Shown here in pieces: positions 38,551-48,667 of a stretch of DNA of 64,000 nt. Numbering within the stretch: the stretch's first letter is position 1; each line of letters starts with the position of its first letter. The notes beneath the pieces were generated by a model. It saw only the letters and a program-made list of their open reading frames with translations. It searched no databases and had not been told where the DNA came from. The position numbers and the translations under genes are program-made. The DNA lies in the IMG/VR virus record IMGVR_UViG_3300013121_000054, positions 1-64,000 of that record. One strand, given 5' to 3'. Source of the DNA: a virus (lineage: Duplodnaviria; Caudoviricetes).

Positions 38551-38910
38551 TTAAGGTGCTACCCCGTGGAGGTAGACAGATACTGAGCCTGGTGAGCCTG
38601 CGGCGGTCGTTTTGCGAGCTTTGATAAAGCTCCAGGGGCCGGTGATTGCAACCACGCCATCTTGCGTGATGTCTGACCCAAGCTGAATGCCGTTATAGTT
38701 ATCGGCTGGATCATCACGCAGTGTCACGCAAAGCTTAACTACTTCTGTTGCAGCCATGCCTTCGACCATCAGGGAGCTGGTTTTGAACTCGTGCCATGGC
38801 ACCCACTTGCCATCATCGGCGGCAGTCTGAGCATCCAAGAGCTTGGCTGTTTTGCTTACCAGACCAGCACCAGTGCCGATCTCAAATTTCTCCACATCGC
38901 CCTTAGTCAT
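38551..38910 (-). CDS. small beta-rich head-region protein
   Basis: 119 aa between portal and scaffold. Confidence 0.55.
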   Translation of the reverse strand: MTKGDVEKFEIGTGAGLVSKTAKLLDAQTAADDGKWVPWHEFKTSSLMVEGMAATEVVKLCVTLRDDPADNYNGIQLGSDITQDGVVAITGPWSFIKARKTTAAGSPGSVSVYLHGVAP

Positions 38911-38913
38911 GCT

Positions 38914-40464
38914 CTAAATGCCTCCCGCTGGTGGTAATTCTGGTGTGACCGTAGCATCCAGATTGTCTTTCGCCAATGACTCATTTCGCTCTGGGATCTG
39001 ATTTGCACTGATGCGCGGCAAATCGAGGTGATCGGTGATGTAGTCAGCAAGAGTGGGTCTAGGTATGATTTTTGCCTCATCGAGCTGCGCCACGCCCGTC
39101 GCCATCTGCTGCATTTCCTGCGGAGTAGCGGTGTACATGCGCGGCCAGTTCAGCCCGAGCCCATCAACTTCTGATTCAGATACACCCTGCATTATCGGGT
39201 GCTTCTTGCGAATAGCCAGCACAGCCATCCGTTTGACCATCCCCAGATATGTAGTGCTGCCATACGAAGATCGCAGCTCCTGGCAAAGATCGATTGTGTC
39301 TTGATCAAGCATCTCGGCAGCTTTGCCGGTGATCAGCCCCGCCTGCTCATCGGGATTGCGCCTCTGAGCGGCGATCTGCTCAGCCATAAACTTCTTGAGC
39401 TTGTCGCAAAACTCGAGCGCGATCTTGATACCATTGCCGGTCATTTCCAAAAGCTTGGCGTCGCCCTTCTCGCGCTCGACACCATCCGTCTTCATGCCAC
39501 CCTTCATCATGAGCATGATGTGAGGCGCCCTCAACATAGTCTGAGCTGCGCCCTTGTCTTTGTTAAACTCTCCAGCCATCGAGCCGATTACAACGATCTG
39601 AGGATTGGCGTTATAGCGGCACGCCCTGCCGATCTGCGAAAAGGTGTAATCGAACTCTATATTCATCGGGAGCGCACCAGCAAAAGTGCAGCTACCGTCT
39701 GGTGAATAGCCACCCGCCAGATTCTCAAACCACTGCGCGGGCACAAAGTTTAAATCGTGCTGCACCTCCTCTTCCGCGATCAGCCGGCTCTCGTGCCTGG
39801 GATTGGAAGGCGTGTAATCTGACTCCTTTATCGGGTAATAGGTCTTCTCTACCTGGCTCTCATAATCAATGACGCTCCAGTAAGACTGAGCGGGCACAAT
39901 CGGCTTGCCTTTGTAGTCAACCGTGAAACCCTTCGCAAGAAACTCATACCCTGCTGATGTGTACGCGACGCGCAGGCGCGCGAGATCTCCAAACTTATCA
40001 AATACCGGGTGGCACCACTTGGCTCGATGCGCCTGAGCCCTCATGCGTGCATAACCGCTCTTTTCGTCGGCCACCAGCTTGAAAGTCACAGCCACCGAGC
40101 CGACCGATCCCCAGGTGATCACCTGGGGCATGAGTTTCTCAAGCCCAGCCTCTTCGGTGAGGCGCATTATCTTATTGAGCACCGTCTCATTGTCATGCAC
40201 CAGTCTTGGTGCGTTGCGCCCGGTGAAAAGCTTGCGCGAGCAGACTCTTGCTACCATGGCAGCCATATTGAAGGGCGCCGAAGGTCTGCGATTGTAGATT
40301 GGGATGTACCGCTTCAGTCCGTCTTCTTCTTGCGAAAAGTCGTAAGGCAGATGGTCGTAGAAGGTGCCATCCAAGAAGCGATCGAAGATGTCTAAGCGCT
40401 GATAGCGCGGATCGGAGCGCTGCCACGGCTGCCAAATTATCGAAGACGCAATAGTCTTAAGCAT
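38914..40464 (-). CDS. portal protein
   Basis: 516 aa directly after terL; FLDGTFYDHL, PFNMAAMVARV. Confidence 0.8.
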   Translation of the reverse strand: MLKTIASSIIWQPWQRSDPRYQRLDIFDRFLDGTFYDHLPYDFSQEEDGLKRYIPIYNRRPSAPFNMAAMVARVCSRKLFTGRNAPRLVHDNETVLNKIMRLTEEAGLEKLMPQVITWGSVGSVAVTFKLVADEKSGYARMRAQAHRAKWCHPVFDKFGDLARLRVAYTSAGYEFLAKGFTVDYKGKPIVPAQSYWSVIDYESQVEKTYYPIKESDYTPSNPRHESRLIAEEEVQHDLNFVPAQWFENLAGGYSPDGSCTFAGALPMNIEFDYTFSQIGRACRYNANPQIVVIGSMAGEFNKDKGAAQTMLRAPHIMLMMKGGMKTDGVEREKGDAKLLEMTGNGIKIALEFCDKLKKFMAEQIAAQRRNPDEQAGLITGKAAEMLDQDTIDLCQELRSSYGSTTYLGMVKRMAVLAIRKKHPIMQGVSESEVDGLGLNWPRMYTATPQEMQQMATGVAQLDEAKIIPRPTLADYITDHLDLPRISANQIPERNESLAKDNLDATVTPELPPAGGI

Positions 40465-41831
40465 TACCTACCCCACATGCCTAACAATTCTTCGACGCCT
40501 TCATAATTTTCCGCAAGCTCTTCTTGCAGGTGATTGAATCGAATCATCTGCTGAAGTGCTTGGGATTGACAATCGACAATATCGTCTTTCGTGGATTCTG
40601 CGGTATAGCTGCAAAGCTCCTCGATGTAATCCTCGACCCACGGCAGGCACTCTGGATCTGGTATCAGTACCCTGCCGGTCTCATACAAATGGCTGACAGC
40701 AGAGGCTCTGGCGAACTTATTTTGATCCGGATTGATCCCTACGATCGGCAGGCGGGTGTGCTCCTTTGCCATCTGAATGATCGAGCTGCCGCTGCTCTTA
40801 TCCTCCATGTAGATAATGTCTGCGAACCACTTGTAGGCATACTTTGGCACCAGCTTCATGAGAGTTGGAAAAGCCATCTTGCCGCGCACCATATCAAGCA
40901 AGTAATAGCCAGCATGCCCAATGCCCCAGGTAGTGCCGACCGTGTAATCGTTTTTCTCGCCAGTCTTCTGCCCCGGGTCCCACGATTGCACGATTTGCAG
41001 CAGCTCTGGGTAGCCCAGCTTCAGACCTTCGGCGCGGTGCACTACCGCATCGTAAGGATTCCACTTGTAATACTGGAACCAGTCGCGCTTGTAGACATTG
41101 CCCTCTTCTGAGATATCCCAATCGCCCCTGATCCACGCCCGCACCAGGTGCTTCTTGCCTGTGCCCTTCAGGCGTTTGATGTAAAAGGGGTCATTCTCCG
41201 CAAGGCTCGGATTATGGATCAACAGTGCCGGAATATATACAATCCAGGTCTCAAGCTGCTTGCTGTAGAAAGGGATTCTCGGTGGTGCTGGAGTTATGTA
41301 GCGTTTCTTAACCCATTCGTGACCCACGCCACCAGGGTTGGTGGTTGCCCATATACAGCATGGTGCACCAGCGGCGGAGCGCAAAGAGCCGCGCAACTTA
41401 TCGAGCTGATCAGAGTTTGGCCAGGTCGTAAGCTCCTCAAGGATGAGCACCGAATATTCCTGCCCGAGATACTTCTCTTCATCGCCTTTGTTATCGATGT
41501 AGCCCAGGCGCAAAGTCGCACCATTGGGGTGCACCCAGGTGTGCTTGCCCACCTGGTAATGCCACCCAAGAGGCGTAAGGATCGCCTTGAGTTTCTTCTC
41601 ATTGAAATCTTCCAGATCCTGGTAAGACTTACGGATCAGGAGCCCGACAGCAGCCTCGCCCCAGATCTGCGCATATGCTGCCCACTTCAGCGCTACTGCA
41701 AATGATTTGCCACCACCCCGAGCACCACCAAATAGGATCTCTTGAATCGGGCAGGTTATGAATGCGGTCTGCGGTCCTTTGTGTGGCTTGTAGATCTTCG
41801 CCACCAGAGGCTTTGGATCAGGCAAGATCAT
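40464..41831 (-). CDS. terL: terminase large subunit
   Basis: Walker A GGARGGGKS, Walker B LILEELT, ATTNPGG, nuclease QSWDPG...DDIVD. Confidence 0.93.
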   Translation of the reverse strand: MILPDPKPLVAKIYKPHKGPQTAFITCPIQEILFGGARGGGKSFAVALKWAAYAQIWGEAAVGLLIRKSYQDLEDFNEKKLKAILTPLGWHYQVGKHTWVHPNGATLRLGYIDNKGDEEKYLGQEYSVLILEELTTWPNSDQLDKLRGSLRSAAGAPCCIWATTNPGGVGHEWVKKRYITPAPPRIPFYSKQLETWIVYIPALLIHNPSLAENDPFYIKRLKGTGKKHLVRAWIRGDWDISEEGNVYKRDWFQYYKWNPYDAVVHRAEGLKLGYPELLQIVQSWDPGQKTGEKNDYTVGTTWGIGHAGYYLLDMVRGKMAFPTLMKLVPKYAYKWFADIIYMEDKSSGSSIIQMAKEHTRLPIVGINPDQNKFARASAVSHLYETGRVLIPDPECLPWVEDYIEELCSYTAESTKDDIVDCQSQALQQMIRFNHLQEELAENYEGVEELLGMWGR

Positions 41832-42348
41832 CCGATATCAGCTCCGCATCTTCGCCAAGCATCTCGATCAGGCGCCTGTTGTTTTCCTTCTCGCTCTCGC
41901 GAGCTTCGACCTCGACAGTGGCGGCCCACTGCTGTGGATCTTTGATGATCTCGGGCATGATGAATTCGATCTTCTTCTCGACGTTGATCGTCTGCTCTTT
42001 CGGCTTCTCCTGCCATCCAGCGACGCACTTCAGCCAGAACATGGCATCGATCGAGGAGCCAGCGATCGCGCGCTTGTAGACAGAGCCAGCCACATTAGCG
42101 GTGGCTTTCGCGCGACCTCTCAGAATGGCCTCGGTCAGCTCGATAGAATTCCATTTGAAAGCACCGAAGACCTGGGGGAAGTACCCCAGGTAATTCGCGA
42201 TCTCGGCGTCGCGCAGCCCCATGCCAGCAAGCATCTCCGCCTGCGCCAGCTCCTCATCTGTAGGTTTCCAGACTTTCTGCTTGCGCTTGCGCTTGATGAT
42301 TTTAGAGGGCGCCTGCACCTCTGCTGGTAGTTCACTCTTCTCGATCAT
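41818..42348 (-). CDS. terS: terminase small subunit
   Basis: HTH (LAGMGLRDAEIANYLG), GRAKATANVAGSVYKRA, AMFWLKCVAGWQE. Confidence 0.8.
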   Translation of the reverse strand: MIEKSELPAEVQAPSKIIKRKRKQKVWKPTDEELAQAEMLAGMGLRDAEIANYLGYFPQVFGAFKWNSIELTEAILRGRAKATANVAGSVYKRAIAGSSIDAMFWLKCVAGWQEKPKEQTINVEKKIEFIMPEIIKDPQQWAATVEVEARESEKENNRRLIEMLGEDAELISDDLA

Positions 42349-42363
42349 ATCTGGGATTAACCA

Positions 42364-43689
42364 TTAACCTGCGCTGGCTGGCAAAGGTAATCTCTCGGAT
42401 TTGAGCTGCTCAAACGTTCTGCCATCACCCTGGAGCGTTGCTGTTTTGCCAGTATGTTGCTGCCAGCGCGTGACGATCAAATCGACATAGCGCGGCTCAA
42501 GCTCCATCAGGCGCCCTTTCCTACCGGTGGATTCGCACGCGATCAATGTCGAGCCCGAGCCGCCGAATGGATCGAGCACGATATTATTCTGGCTCTGGGT
42601 GGAGTTGCTGATCGCCTTAACTGGCAGCGCTACAGGCTTCTGAGTTGGGTGCTCTTTCTCGCTGCGCATAGGGCGATCGATATTCCAAACCGTGCCTTGA
42701 TTCTTCTCGCCATAGAACTTGTGCGCTCCGCCCGGCTTCCAGCCATAGAGAATCGATTCGTGTTGCCAGTGGTAATCTTGCCGACTAAATACAAATTGCT
42801 GCTTTGCCCACACCAGCACCTGCTTCATCAAGAGCCCCGAGTCTTTGAAGGCTTGGCGGAAAATCAAACCCTCACTATCAGCATGGCAAACATAAATCAC
42901 GGCGCCTGGTTGGACCGCTTGATACATGATTGTAAAAGCATCTAGCAAGAACTGCTGAAAATCGGCATCCGGCATATCGTCGTTTTGAATCTTCGGACCC
43001 TTGCCGAATGTTCTGCCTTGCGGGTTGTGATCACCTCCACAGACCGCTAGATTGTATGGTGGATCGGTGAAGACCATATCGGCGAGCGAGCCGTCGAGCA
43101 GCTTCAACACATTGGTGAGCACCAGGGAATCGCCACACATCACGCGATGATCGCCGCAAATCCAAATATCTCCAGGCATCGAGGCTGCCTGCGCGGGCGG
43201 CTCTGGCACTGCGTCTTCTTCGGTTTTCGGCTCCTCCTTGGTGACGTTAAACGTAAGCAGCTCTTGTAGTTCTTCCTTGTCAAAACCGGTGATACTCATG
43301 TTGAAATCATCCAGGTTAAGATCGCCAAGCTCCAGCGAAAGCAGAGACTTATCAAAGTCTGCATTAAGCGCAATTTTGTTGTGAGCGATGACTAGAGCGC
43401 GCTTTTGTGTAGTAGATAAATGTGTCAATTGAATAGTGGGCACTTCGGGCATATTGAGCTTAAAAGCCGCCTCCAGCCTGCCATGCCCGGCGATAATAGT
43501 TTTCTCTCCATCGATTAAAATCGGATCTACGAAACCGAACTCTCTTATCGATGCTGCTATTTGCGCGATCTGCTTTTCTGAGTGCACCCGCGAATTTCGT
43601 GCATACGGAATTAAATCTGACGTAGAGCGTAACTCGACTTTCAAATTCAGGTTGCTGATTTCCTGGCTTAGCTTGCTTTTAGTGTCCAT
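42364..43689 (-). CDS. ParB-N plus N6/N4 DNA methyltransferase fusion
   Basis: LIPYARNSRVH...IASIREFGF...AGHGR; FTDPPYN; HPTQKP; VLDPFGGSGSTL; start MDTKSK at 43689. Confidence 0.9.
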   Translation of the reverse strand: MDTKSKLSQEISNLNLKVELRSTSDLIPYARNSRVHSEKQIAQIAASIREFGFVDPILIDGEKTIIAGHGRLEAAFKLNMPEVPTIQLTHLSTTQKRALVIAHNKIALNADFDKSLLSLELGDLNLDDFNMSITGFDKEELQELLTFNVTKEEPKTEEDAVPEPPAQAASMPGDIWICGDHRVMCGDSLVLTNVLKLLDGSLADMVFTDPPYNLAVCGGDHNPQGRTFGKGPKIQNDDMPDADFQQFLLDAFTIMYQAVQPGAVIYVCHADSEGLIFRQAFKDSGLLMKQVLVWAKQQFVFSRQDYHWQHESILYGWKPGGAHKFYGEKNQGTVWNIDRPMRSEKEHPTQKPVALPVKAISNSTQSQNNIVLDPFGGSGSTLIACESTGRKGRLMELEPRYVDLIVTRWQQHTGKTATLQGDGRTFEQLKSERLPLPASAG

Positions 43690-44381
43690 ATATCCCTCAA
43701 AACCAAAGCCGTCATGCACTGCCTCTCCCGAAGCATTGTATTTAGTATCAATTTCATTTCCTCAGGACTGCTTCCCGAAAGCTCTATATCAACGATGAAA
43801 GACTCAACGCGCTTGTGGCATTTCTTGCATAGCGGAATGAGATTTAGCGCGGAATTATCACGAGTTAAACGATAAGGTACTATGTGGTGCACATCCAACT
43901 TCTTCATCGTGCCGCAGCAAGCGCAAAATGGTGTTACTGCGATGATCTGCTTGCTGACTTGCTTCCACCGCGATCCCCTTCCGGTCACTCGATCAGGCTT
44001 GCACAACCACTTTTGATAACACTTCCGAGAGCAAAAGTTGGCTGATGAGTTGGAATGCCCTATGCCTTTGACGCGAGATCTGCTCACGCTAAATGCACAT
44101 TCACAAAACTTGCACATTCGCTCCACCCGCAGTGCAGCTTTTCTGCATACGAGAGAGCAATATTTTCGGCAAGATTTGGTGCCGGTCGCCATCTTGATCT
44201 GCAAACAATTCAGACAAGCATAAAAGTGTGATGCTTTGCGCCGCGGCTTCGCTTTGATCGCTCTCGCTCTAACTGCTACCGCACACGCCTTGCAATACAA
44301 ACGTTTTGAGTCTCTCCTGACTGTCTCGACAGAACCGCATGATACACACTCTGCTATCTTGTCTTTTTTACTATGACTCAT
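43668..44381 (-). CDS. HNH endonuclease with multiple CxxC/YCS..C repeats
   Basis: CACCG..KKLDVHHIVP...N..LNLIPLCKKCHKRVE. Confidence 0.85.
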   Translation of the reverse strand: MSHSKKDKIAECVSCGSVETVRRDSKRLYCKACAVAVRARAIKAKPRRKASHFYACLNCLQIKMATGTKSCRKYCSLVCRKAALRVERMCKFCECAFSVSRSRVKGIGHSNSSANFCSRKCYQKWLCKPDRVTGRGSRWKQVSKQIIAVTPFCACCGTMKKLDVHHIVPYRLTRDNSALNLIPLCKKCHKRVESFIVDIELSGSSPEEMKLILNTMLRERQCMTALVLRDIWTLKAS

Positions 44382-44737
44382 AGATCGGTGTAGTCCTCTG
44401 GATCGAATGTGATTTGTTTGCCGTGCTGCCTGATTCGCAGATAAGTAAACTCGACGGTGGCGCGCTTCATGCAGCGGTGCCCTTTCAGGCGCTGCTCTGA
44501 ATTTCGGAATACGGTGTGGCCGCAGACGTTCTTCTCTTCCGAGCGCAGCATTCTGCGCTTGATAAAGTTGGTGAACTCTTCGATCCGCGGATGATCGTGA
44601 TCCTCGCAGTACAGGATTTTTATTTTCTGTGCCATCAGGCCCTTAAAAGTGCTGGTCTCGGTTGCTGTCTCGTTTTGCTTTTGGAGTTTTGGCAGGGCCC
44701 ACTCCATTTCTGGTAGCTCTGCCACATACTCGGCCAC
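44378..44737 (-). CDS. hypothetical protein
   Basis: GAGGA RBS, GTG start. Confidence 0.55.
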   Translation of the reverse strand: MAEYVAELPEMEWALPKLQKQNETATETSTFKGLMAQKIKILYCEDHDHPRIEEFTNFIKRRMLRSEEKNVCGHTVFRNSEQRLKGHRCMKRATVEFTYLRIRQHGKQITFDPEDYTDL

Positions 44738-45177
44738 TCCTCTTTAGTCCAGCAGCATGAGCCGATCGCGCCGACAAAATGCACGACCTTTGGGTCTTTC
44801 CTCTTTTTGCAGCGCTCGCAGAATAGGGTATATGCACCCTCTTTGGTGCGCTCCACTGCAAGCAGTGGCACCTCTTCCTTCTTCGGCTGGTGCTCGTATT
44901 TTTTCTTACGCTCCTGAAGATCCGCCTTGCGCCGATAGTCTTTTATCAAAGAGCAGATCTTGCAGCGGTGCCCGAGCTCAATACAGCTCTTGCACGTCAC
45001 CACCTCGACCGGCTTCACTGCCGGCTTGTCTGCTGGTCTGCCGAGCAGTTGCAGACGCTCATTTACACAGTCACAAAATAAGCAAGGCTGGCTATAACTC
45101 CCACCGGCCTTGCGGAAATAGAAATGCTTTCGTTCACAGTTGCATGAATTACAAACCGCCAAGGCAGCCCTCCTCAT
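44635..45177 (-). CDS. Cys-rich (multiple CxxC) protein
   Basis: five CxxC pairs. Confidence 0.5.
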   Translation of the reverse strand: MRRAALAVCNSCNCERKHFYFRKAGGSYSQPCLFCDCVNERLQLLGRPADKPAVKPVEVVTCKSCIELGHRCKICSLIKDYRRKADLQERKKKYEHQPKKEEVPLLAVERTKEGAYTLFCERCKKRKDPKVVHFVGAIGSCCWTKEEWPSMWQSYQKWSGPCQNSKSKTRQQPRPALLRA

Positions 45178-45389
45178 CTACACACAAGGAAATCATACAG
45201 ATGTGACTGTTACGCACTGCCTGTAGTGCGTAATACACACAAACTACACACATACTTTTCTGGATGGCGGAGCCGGTGAGCTTTTCACTCACACTCCCTT
45301 CCACCGGTGGACAAGGCCGATCGGGGAGTTTTTACGGCCCCACGCATATGCACTATAAATGCGGCGCCGCTTGTGAGGGAAACGCAATA

Positions 45390-46187
45390 TTAGCTACTTG
45401 CCGGAATATTGGGCTTGGTAACGCGCCAGCGTTCTGCATCGCCGCGCCCTTTGACGTATGTGGCCCTGCCCAGGCGCTGCAAGCTGCGCATCAGCTTACC
45501 TGTCATATCGATACCAAAATCGCCGACTCGATTGGCTTCTGCTATGGAGAAGCTATCGCTGCCAAACTTCTCCAGCAGTACAGAGTGAAGCGAAAGAGCA
45601 ATCTGTGAGCGATTGCGCTCCAGCTCAGGCGTGAGCGGTGGAGTATCAGTCATGGGCTCGGGCGCACCCTCTTCTGCCGGTGCTGGTGGAGGCGGTGCCT
45701 CTGCGAATTCCACACCGTCACACTTGAGGCAAATCGGCGGGCCTGGCTTCTTTGCAAACCAGCGCCCGGGCTTCTGCATGCAACACTTTGAGCACCGTGG
45801 ATGATTTGATACTGGGTCTTCTGCTGGCTGCGGCTCTGCCTCTACTACCGGTGGCGGCCCCAGTCGGCTGCAGGCGCTGCAAACCAAGAGACGACATTCC
45901 ACAACAGCGGCTGGACCCTCAACTTGCTCCTTTGGAAAAAAGTAAACCGACTTCTGCTCATGACACCTGGAGCAGACAAACCACGGCACCACCAGCGGAA
46001 GTGGGGGTGCCTCTGGGCACTGCTCTCTGAGGTAGGCAGCAAGCGCCAAAGCATCTGCTGGCTCCAGGTGTGCAACTGTGCCACCAATTGAGAGCCTCAC
46101 ACCTTCTTCCAAGGGCGAGCAGCGGAGAGTCTCGCCGCCATCTGTAGTGATTTTTATCAGCGTTTCAATCTGTATCGCCAAGGACAT
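45390..46187 (-). CDS. Zn-ribbon plus C-terminal wHTH protein
   Basis: CSRC, CSAC, CSKC, CLKC; C-terminal FSIAEANRVG...MRSLQRLG...WRV. Confidence 0.6.
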   Translation of the reverse strand: MSLAIQIETLIKITTDGGETLRCSPLEEGVRLSIGGTVAHLEPADALALAAYLREQCPEAPPLPLVVPWFVCSRCHEQKSVYFFPKEQVEGPAAVVECRLLVCSACSRLGPPPVVEAEPQPAEDPVSNHPRCSKCCMQKPGRWFAKKPGPPICLKCDGVEFAEAPPPPAPAEEGAPEPMTDTPPLTPELERNRSQIALSLHSVLLEKFGSDSFSIAEANRVGDFGIDMTGKLMRSLQRLGRATYVKGRGDAERWRVTKPNIPASS

Positions 46188-46241
46188 AAACCTCGTAAAG
46201 CGCCGCGCAGAGTGCGAAGACTAGCAGGGCGAAAAGGAATT

Positions 46242-46727
46242 TCATTCTTCTGATTCGGCGGCACAAGTATCGACGCAGACGATCTTGCCACCAGTGTTTT
46301 CATCGAGCTGCGACGCGATCGCAGCCGCATCTCTCGCATCGCATCCCGCCACCATTGCACCCATTGCAAACTCGCTGCCGGTGCCGATTGCGAATGGTGG
46401 GTGTTTGCGCACTGGTTTATTGTTGCCGTGATAGTACATGCACTTTTGACCGGTTACTACAATCGCCGAGCATTCTTCCATATCCGGTGGCGGCCCTTCT
46501 TGCTTTTCGTACCACTTGCAAAAAAGCCGGCTCTTCCAGACAAGACCTGCATTGCCAATCCATGCATCATTCACACGCTTGATCTTGTCGCAGTCAAACC
46601 ACTTCAGATCGCCAGCGGTAGATTGGCTGTCTGCCGCGAGGTGCTCGCCATCCCACGCCACTGTAGTCGCTTCTGCTGGTGCCAGGTTGATCAACGTAAC
46701 AGCAAATGCGACTAGCAGCTCTCTCAT
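46242..46727 (-). CDS. Ntn-hydrolase (HslV/proteasome-beta-like) peptidase with signal peptide
   Basis: GAGGT RBS; MRELLVAFAVTLINLAPAEA then TTVAWDGEHLAADSQ...AIGTGSEFAMGAM...D..TGG. Confidence 0.8.
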   Translation of the reverse strand: MRELLVAFAVTLINLAPAEATTVAWDGEHLAADSQSTAGDLKWFDCDKIKRVNDAWIGNAGLVWKSRLFCKWYEKQEGPPPDMEECSAIVVTGQKCMYYHGNNKPVRKHPPFAIGTGSEFAMGAMVAGCDARDAAAIASQLDENTGGKIVCVDTCAAESEE

Positions 46728-47149
46728 GCAGGCGACCTCGGCACTGGTACCACTCCACAAGTCTTCTTATTCACGAACCACTGCGCAAGGGTTAGATTAC
46801 AAGTAGCGCAAAAAATCTCATTCCCATGAGGCAAATTAATGCCCTGTGGCTTGTGTCCGTCTTGCACAAATCTGATCTCTGGTGGCAGATCTCGCGTCGG
46901 CACCGATGCTGGGTTGAAATCAATCGGCTGGCGCTTCGTCTCAAAAGCTCCAGCTCCAGGCTGAAGGTATTTGGCTAACTCCTTCCGCGTCTTCTCGTGC
47001 TCGGCTTTCTCGGTGAGCCAAAAGTCGAGAAGCCTATCTTTCAGCTCGTTCGATCGCACCACCTCGTGAGCCAGCTTCATCACCATTTCTTCTTTCTGGT
47101 GAAGCGCTTGAATCAATGCCTGCTCCTGCGTCATGATCTGCTCTGCCAA
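46724..47149 (-). CDS. hypothetical coiled-coil protein
   Basis: ATGA-type overlap with the peptidase gene. Confidence 0.55.
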   Translation of the reverse strand: MAEQIMTQEQALIQALHQKEEMVMKLAHEVVRSNELKDRLLDFWLTEKAEHEKTRKELAKYLQPGAGAFETKRQPIDFNPASVPTRDLPPEIRFVQDGHKPQGINLPHGNEIFCATCNLTLAQWFVNKKTCGVVPVPRSPA

Positions 47150-47347
47150 TTTTCTCTAGCTCCTCTAATTGTTCCCTCAGCCACTTTATGCGATCGAGCC
47201 TGGTCTGCTCGTTTTGCACTGCCTCTCTTTGGAGGCAGTCGGTGCAAGTGTAGTGCTCGATCTCTAAATCCACGCCAGAGGCGCCCTCAAAGCGCCAATC
47301 ATCAGTCGGCTCATCCTCTCGCCAGCAGCCATCGCATCTAGTGGCAC

Positions 47348-47503
47348 TCATGCTGACCGCTTAAGCGTCGTCATGGCAGCAGCGAGGATCAAAGCAATTC
47401 CGAGAGCTGCCAGCAGCGGCTCGCGCGCGTCGCAGCCAAAGGCATACCGAATGATGCGGCCACCCATGAGACAAAGCGCCCAACCAATCATGAGCCTGAT
47501 CAT
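47348..47503 (-). CDS. 51-aa membrane peptide
   Basis: MIRLMIGWALCLMGG...PLLAALGIALILAA; overlap-coupled at both ends. Confidence 0.45.
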   Translation of the reverse strand: MIRLMIGWALCLMGGRIIRYAFGCDAREPLLAALGIALILAAAMTTLKRSA

Positions 47504-47817
47504 TCTTCTGGCACGCTCCAGATTCCCGCCTTGACCTTCGTGATCTCCACGATAGTCAGCTTGTGTACCGCCTTCGTGATCGCTATCACTGACTCGGCGC
47601 CCGCTCGGTCGCGATACTTGGCCGCCTCCGTCAGCACCACTGTGTGCGGATGATGCTTGCCCAGGAAGAAGTCTTTATCGTTCTGCAAGCCATACACCAC
47701 AGTGCCTGGCTCCAGCGCCGCCTCTTCTTTGTCAGTCATCATCGAGAGATCGGCCATTTTCACCGAGGCAGGCGCCTCAAGCCTCGACGATCCCACTGTC
47801 GCAATTCTTTCTTCCAT
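47500..47817 (-). CDS. hypothetical protein
   Basis: coupled ORF in the small-gene array. Confidence 0.5.
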   Translation of the reverse strand: MEERIATVGSSRLEAPASVKMADLSMMTDKEEAALEPGTVVYGLQNDKDFFLGKHHPHTVVLTEAAKYRDRAGAESVIAITKAVHKLTIVEITKVKAGIWSVPEE

Positions 47818-48111
47818 CTAAGCTCTCTCCTCGCCTGGCAGGCTTCTTATCCAGTTCTCGATCAACGTCAACCGCTGATCCATATCTCGCACGCGGTCTT
47901 CCACCGCTGTGAGCCTGCGCCCACGGCGCGGCGGCTCAATATCGACACCGAGGGCAGACATGAGGCCGTGCACTATGCTGCGCGCCTCGGGCTCTGTCAG
48001 CACTCGCTCGCTGCCATTTATAAACAGGCCGACATTGCCATCCAGGCGCTTCCTGACCCGCACGCACGCACCAATGATCTCTATCCAGCCGCCTTGAAAA
48101 TTAGTAGCCAT
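47818..48111 (-). CDS. hypothetical protein
   Basis: coupled ORF in the small-gene array. Confidence 0.55.
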   Translation of the reverse strand: MATNFQGGWIEIIGACVRVRKRLDGNVGLFINGSERVLTEPEARSIVHGLMSALGVDIEPPRRGRRLTAVEDRVRDMDQRLTLIENWIRSLPGEERA

Positions 48112-48185
48112 CTACCCACCACGCTAGAAGTTTCCACGCTAAACAGGCCAGCAGCGCGACCGATACAACCACGCCGAGCCAGATC

Positions 48186-48410
48186 TCAACCGCCATCACG
48201 CGCCTCACTGCGAAGTAACACCATTTTGCTGATGCCTTGTGGGGTGCCGTGGCGCTCCACAAAGGTGTCTACCAGATCAACACTGAGCACTGGCGTGGCG
48301 CCAAAATCCGGATCGCCCGGCGCCCAGTCTTCCATACAGACCTCTGCGTCTAGTGGGAGTTTGAAAAGTTTCGAGATCATCTCTGAGACCTTCATTGCAT
48401 CGCCTCGCAC
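48186..48410 (-). CDS. hypothetical protein
   Basis: MKVSEMISKLFKLPLDAEV, a common phage small-protein pattern. Confidence 0.55.
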   Translation of the reverse strand: MRGDAMKVSEMISKLFKLPLDAEVCMEDWAPGDPDFGATPVLSVDLVDTFVERHGTPQGISKMVLLRSEARDGG

Positions 48411-48667
48411 TCACTGAACCAGTCGCGCAGCTCATTCAGTGCATCAAGTAACGTTTCGCCAGTGAATTCTTCTTCCTGATTCGGATGCTTGATGTCGATG
48501 AAATAACACTGTGAGTTTTTGCCAAAGCTGATCGAAAACCCTTCTTCGATCAATGTCTGGAGGTTTTCAATCTTCCCTTTGAGCACTCGATAGCTGATTG
48601 TGGAATCCCAATTCTGGCACTCCTCGGCATGTCCGCGCACATAGTGGCAAAGGTCGCAACCGCTCAA
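48392..48667 (-). CDS. hypothetical protein
   Basis: coupled ORF. Confidence 0.5.
   Translation of the reverse strand: MSGCDLCHYVRGHAEECQNWDSTISYRVLKGKIENLQTLIEEGFSISFGKNSQCYFIDIKHPNQEEEFTGETLLDALNELRDWFSECEAMQ

Noticed and set aside
45210-45234. TTACGCACT/AGTGCGTAA hairpin and a nearby GCGGCGCCGC palindrome
   Set aside because: Isolated elements with no second copy or clear promoter geometry.
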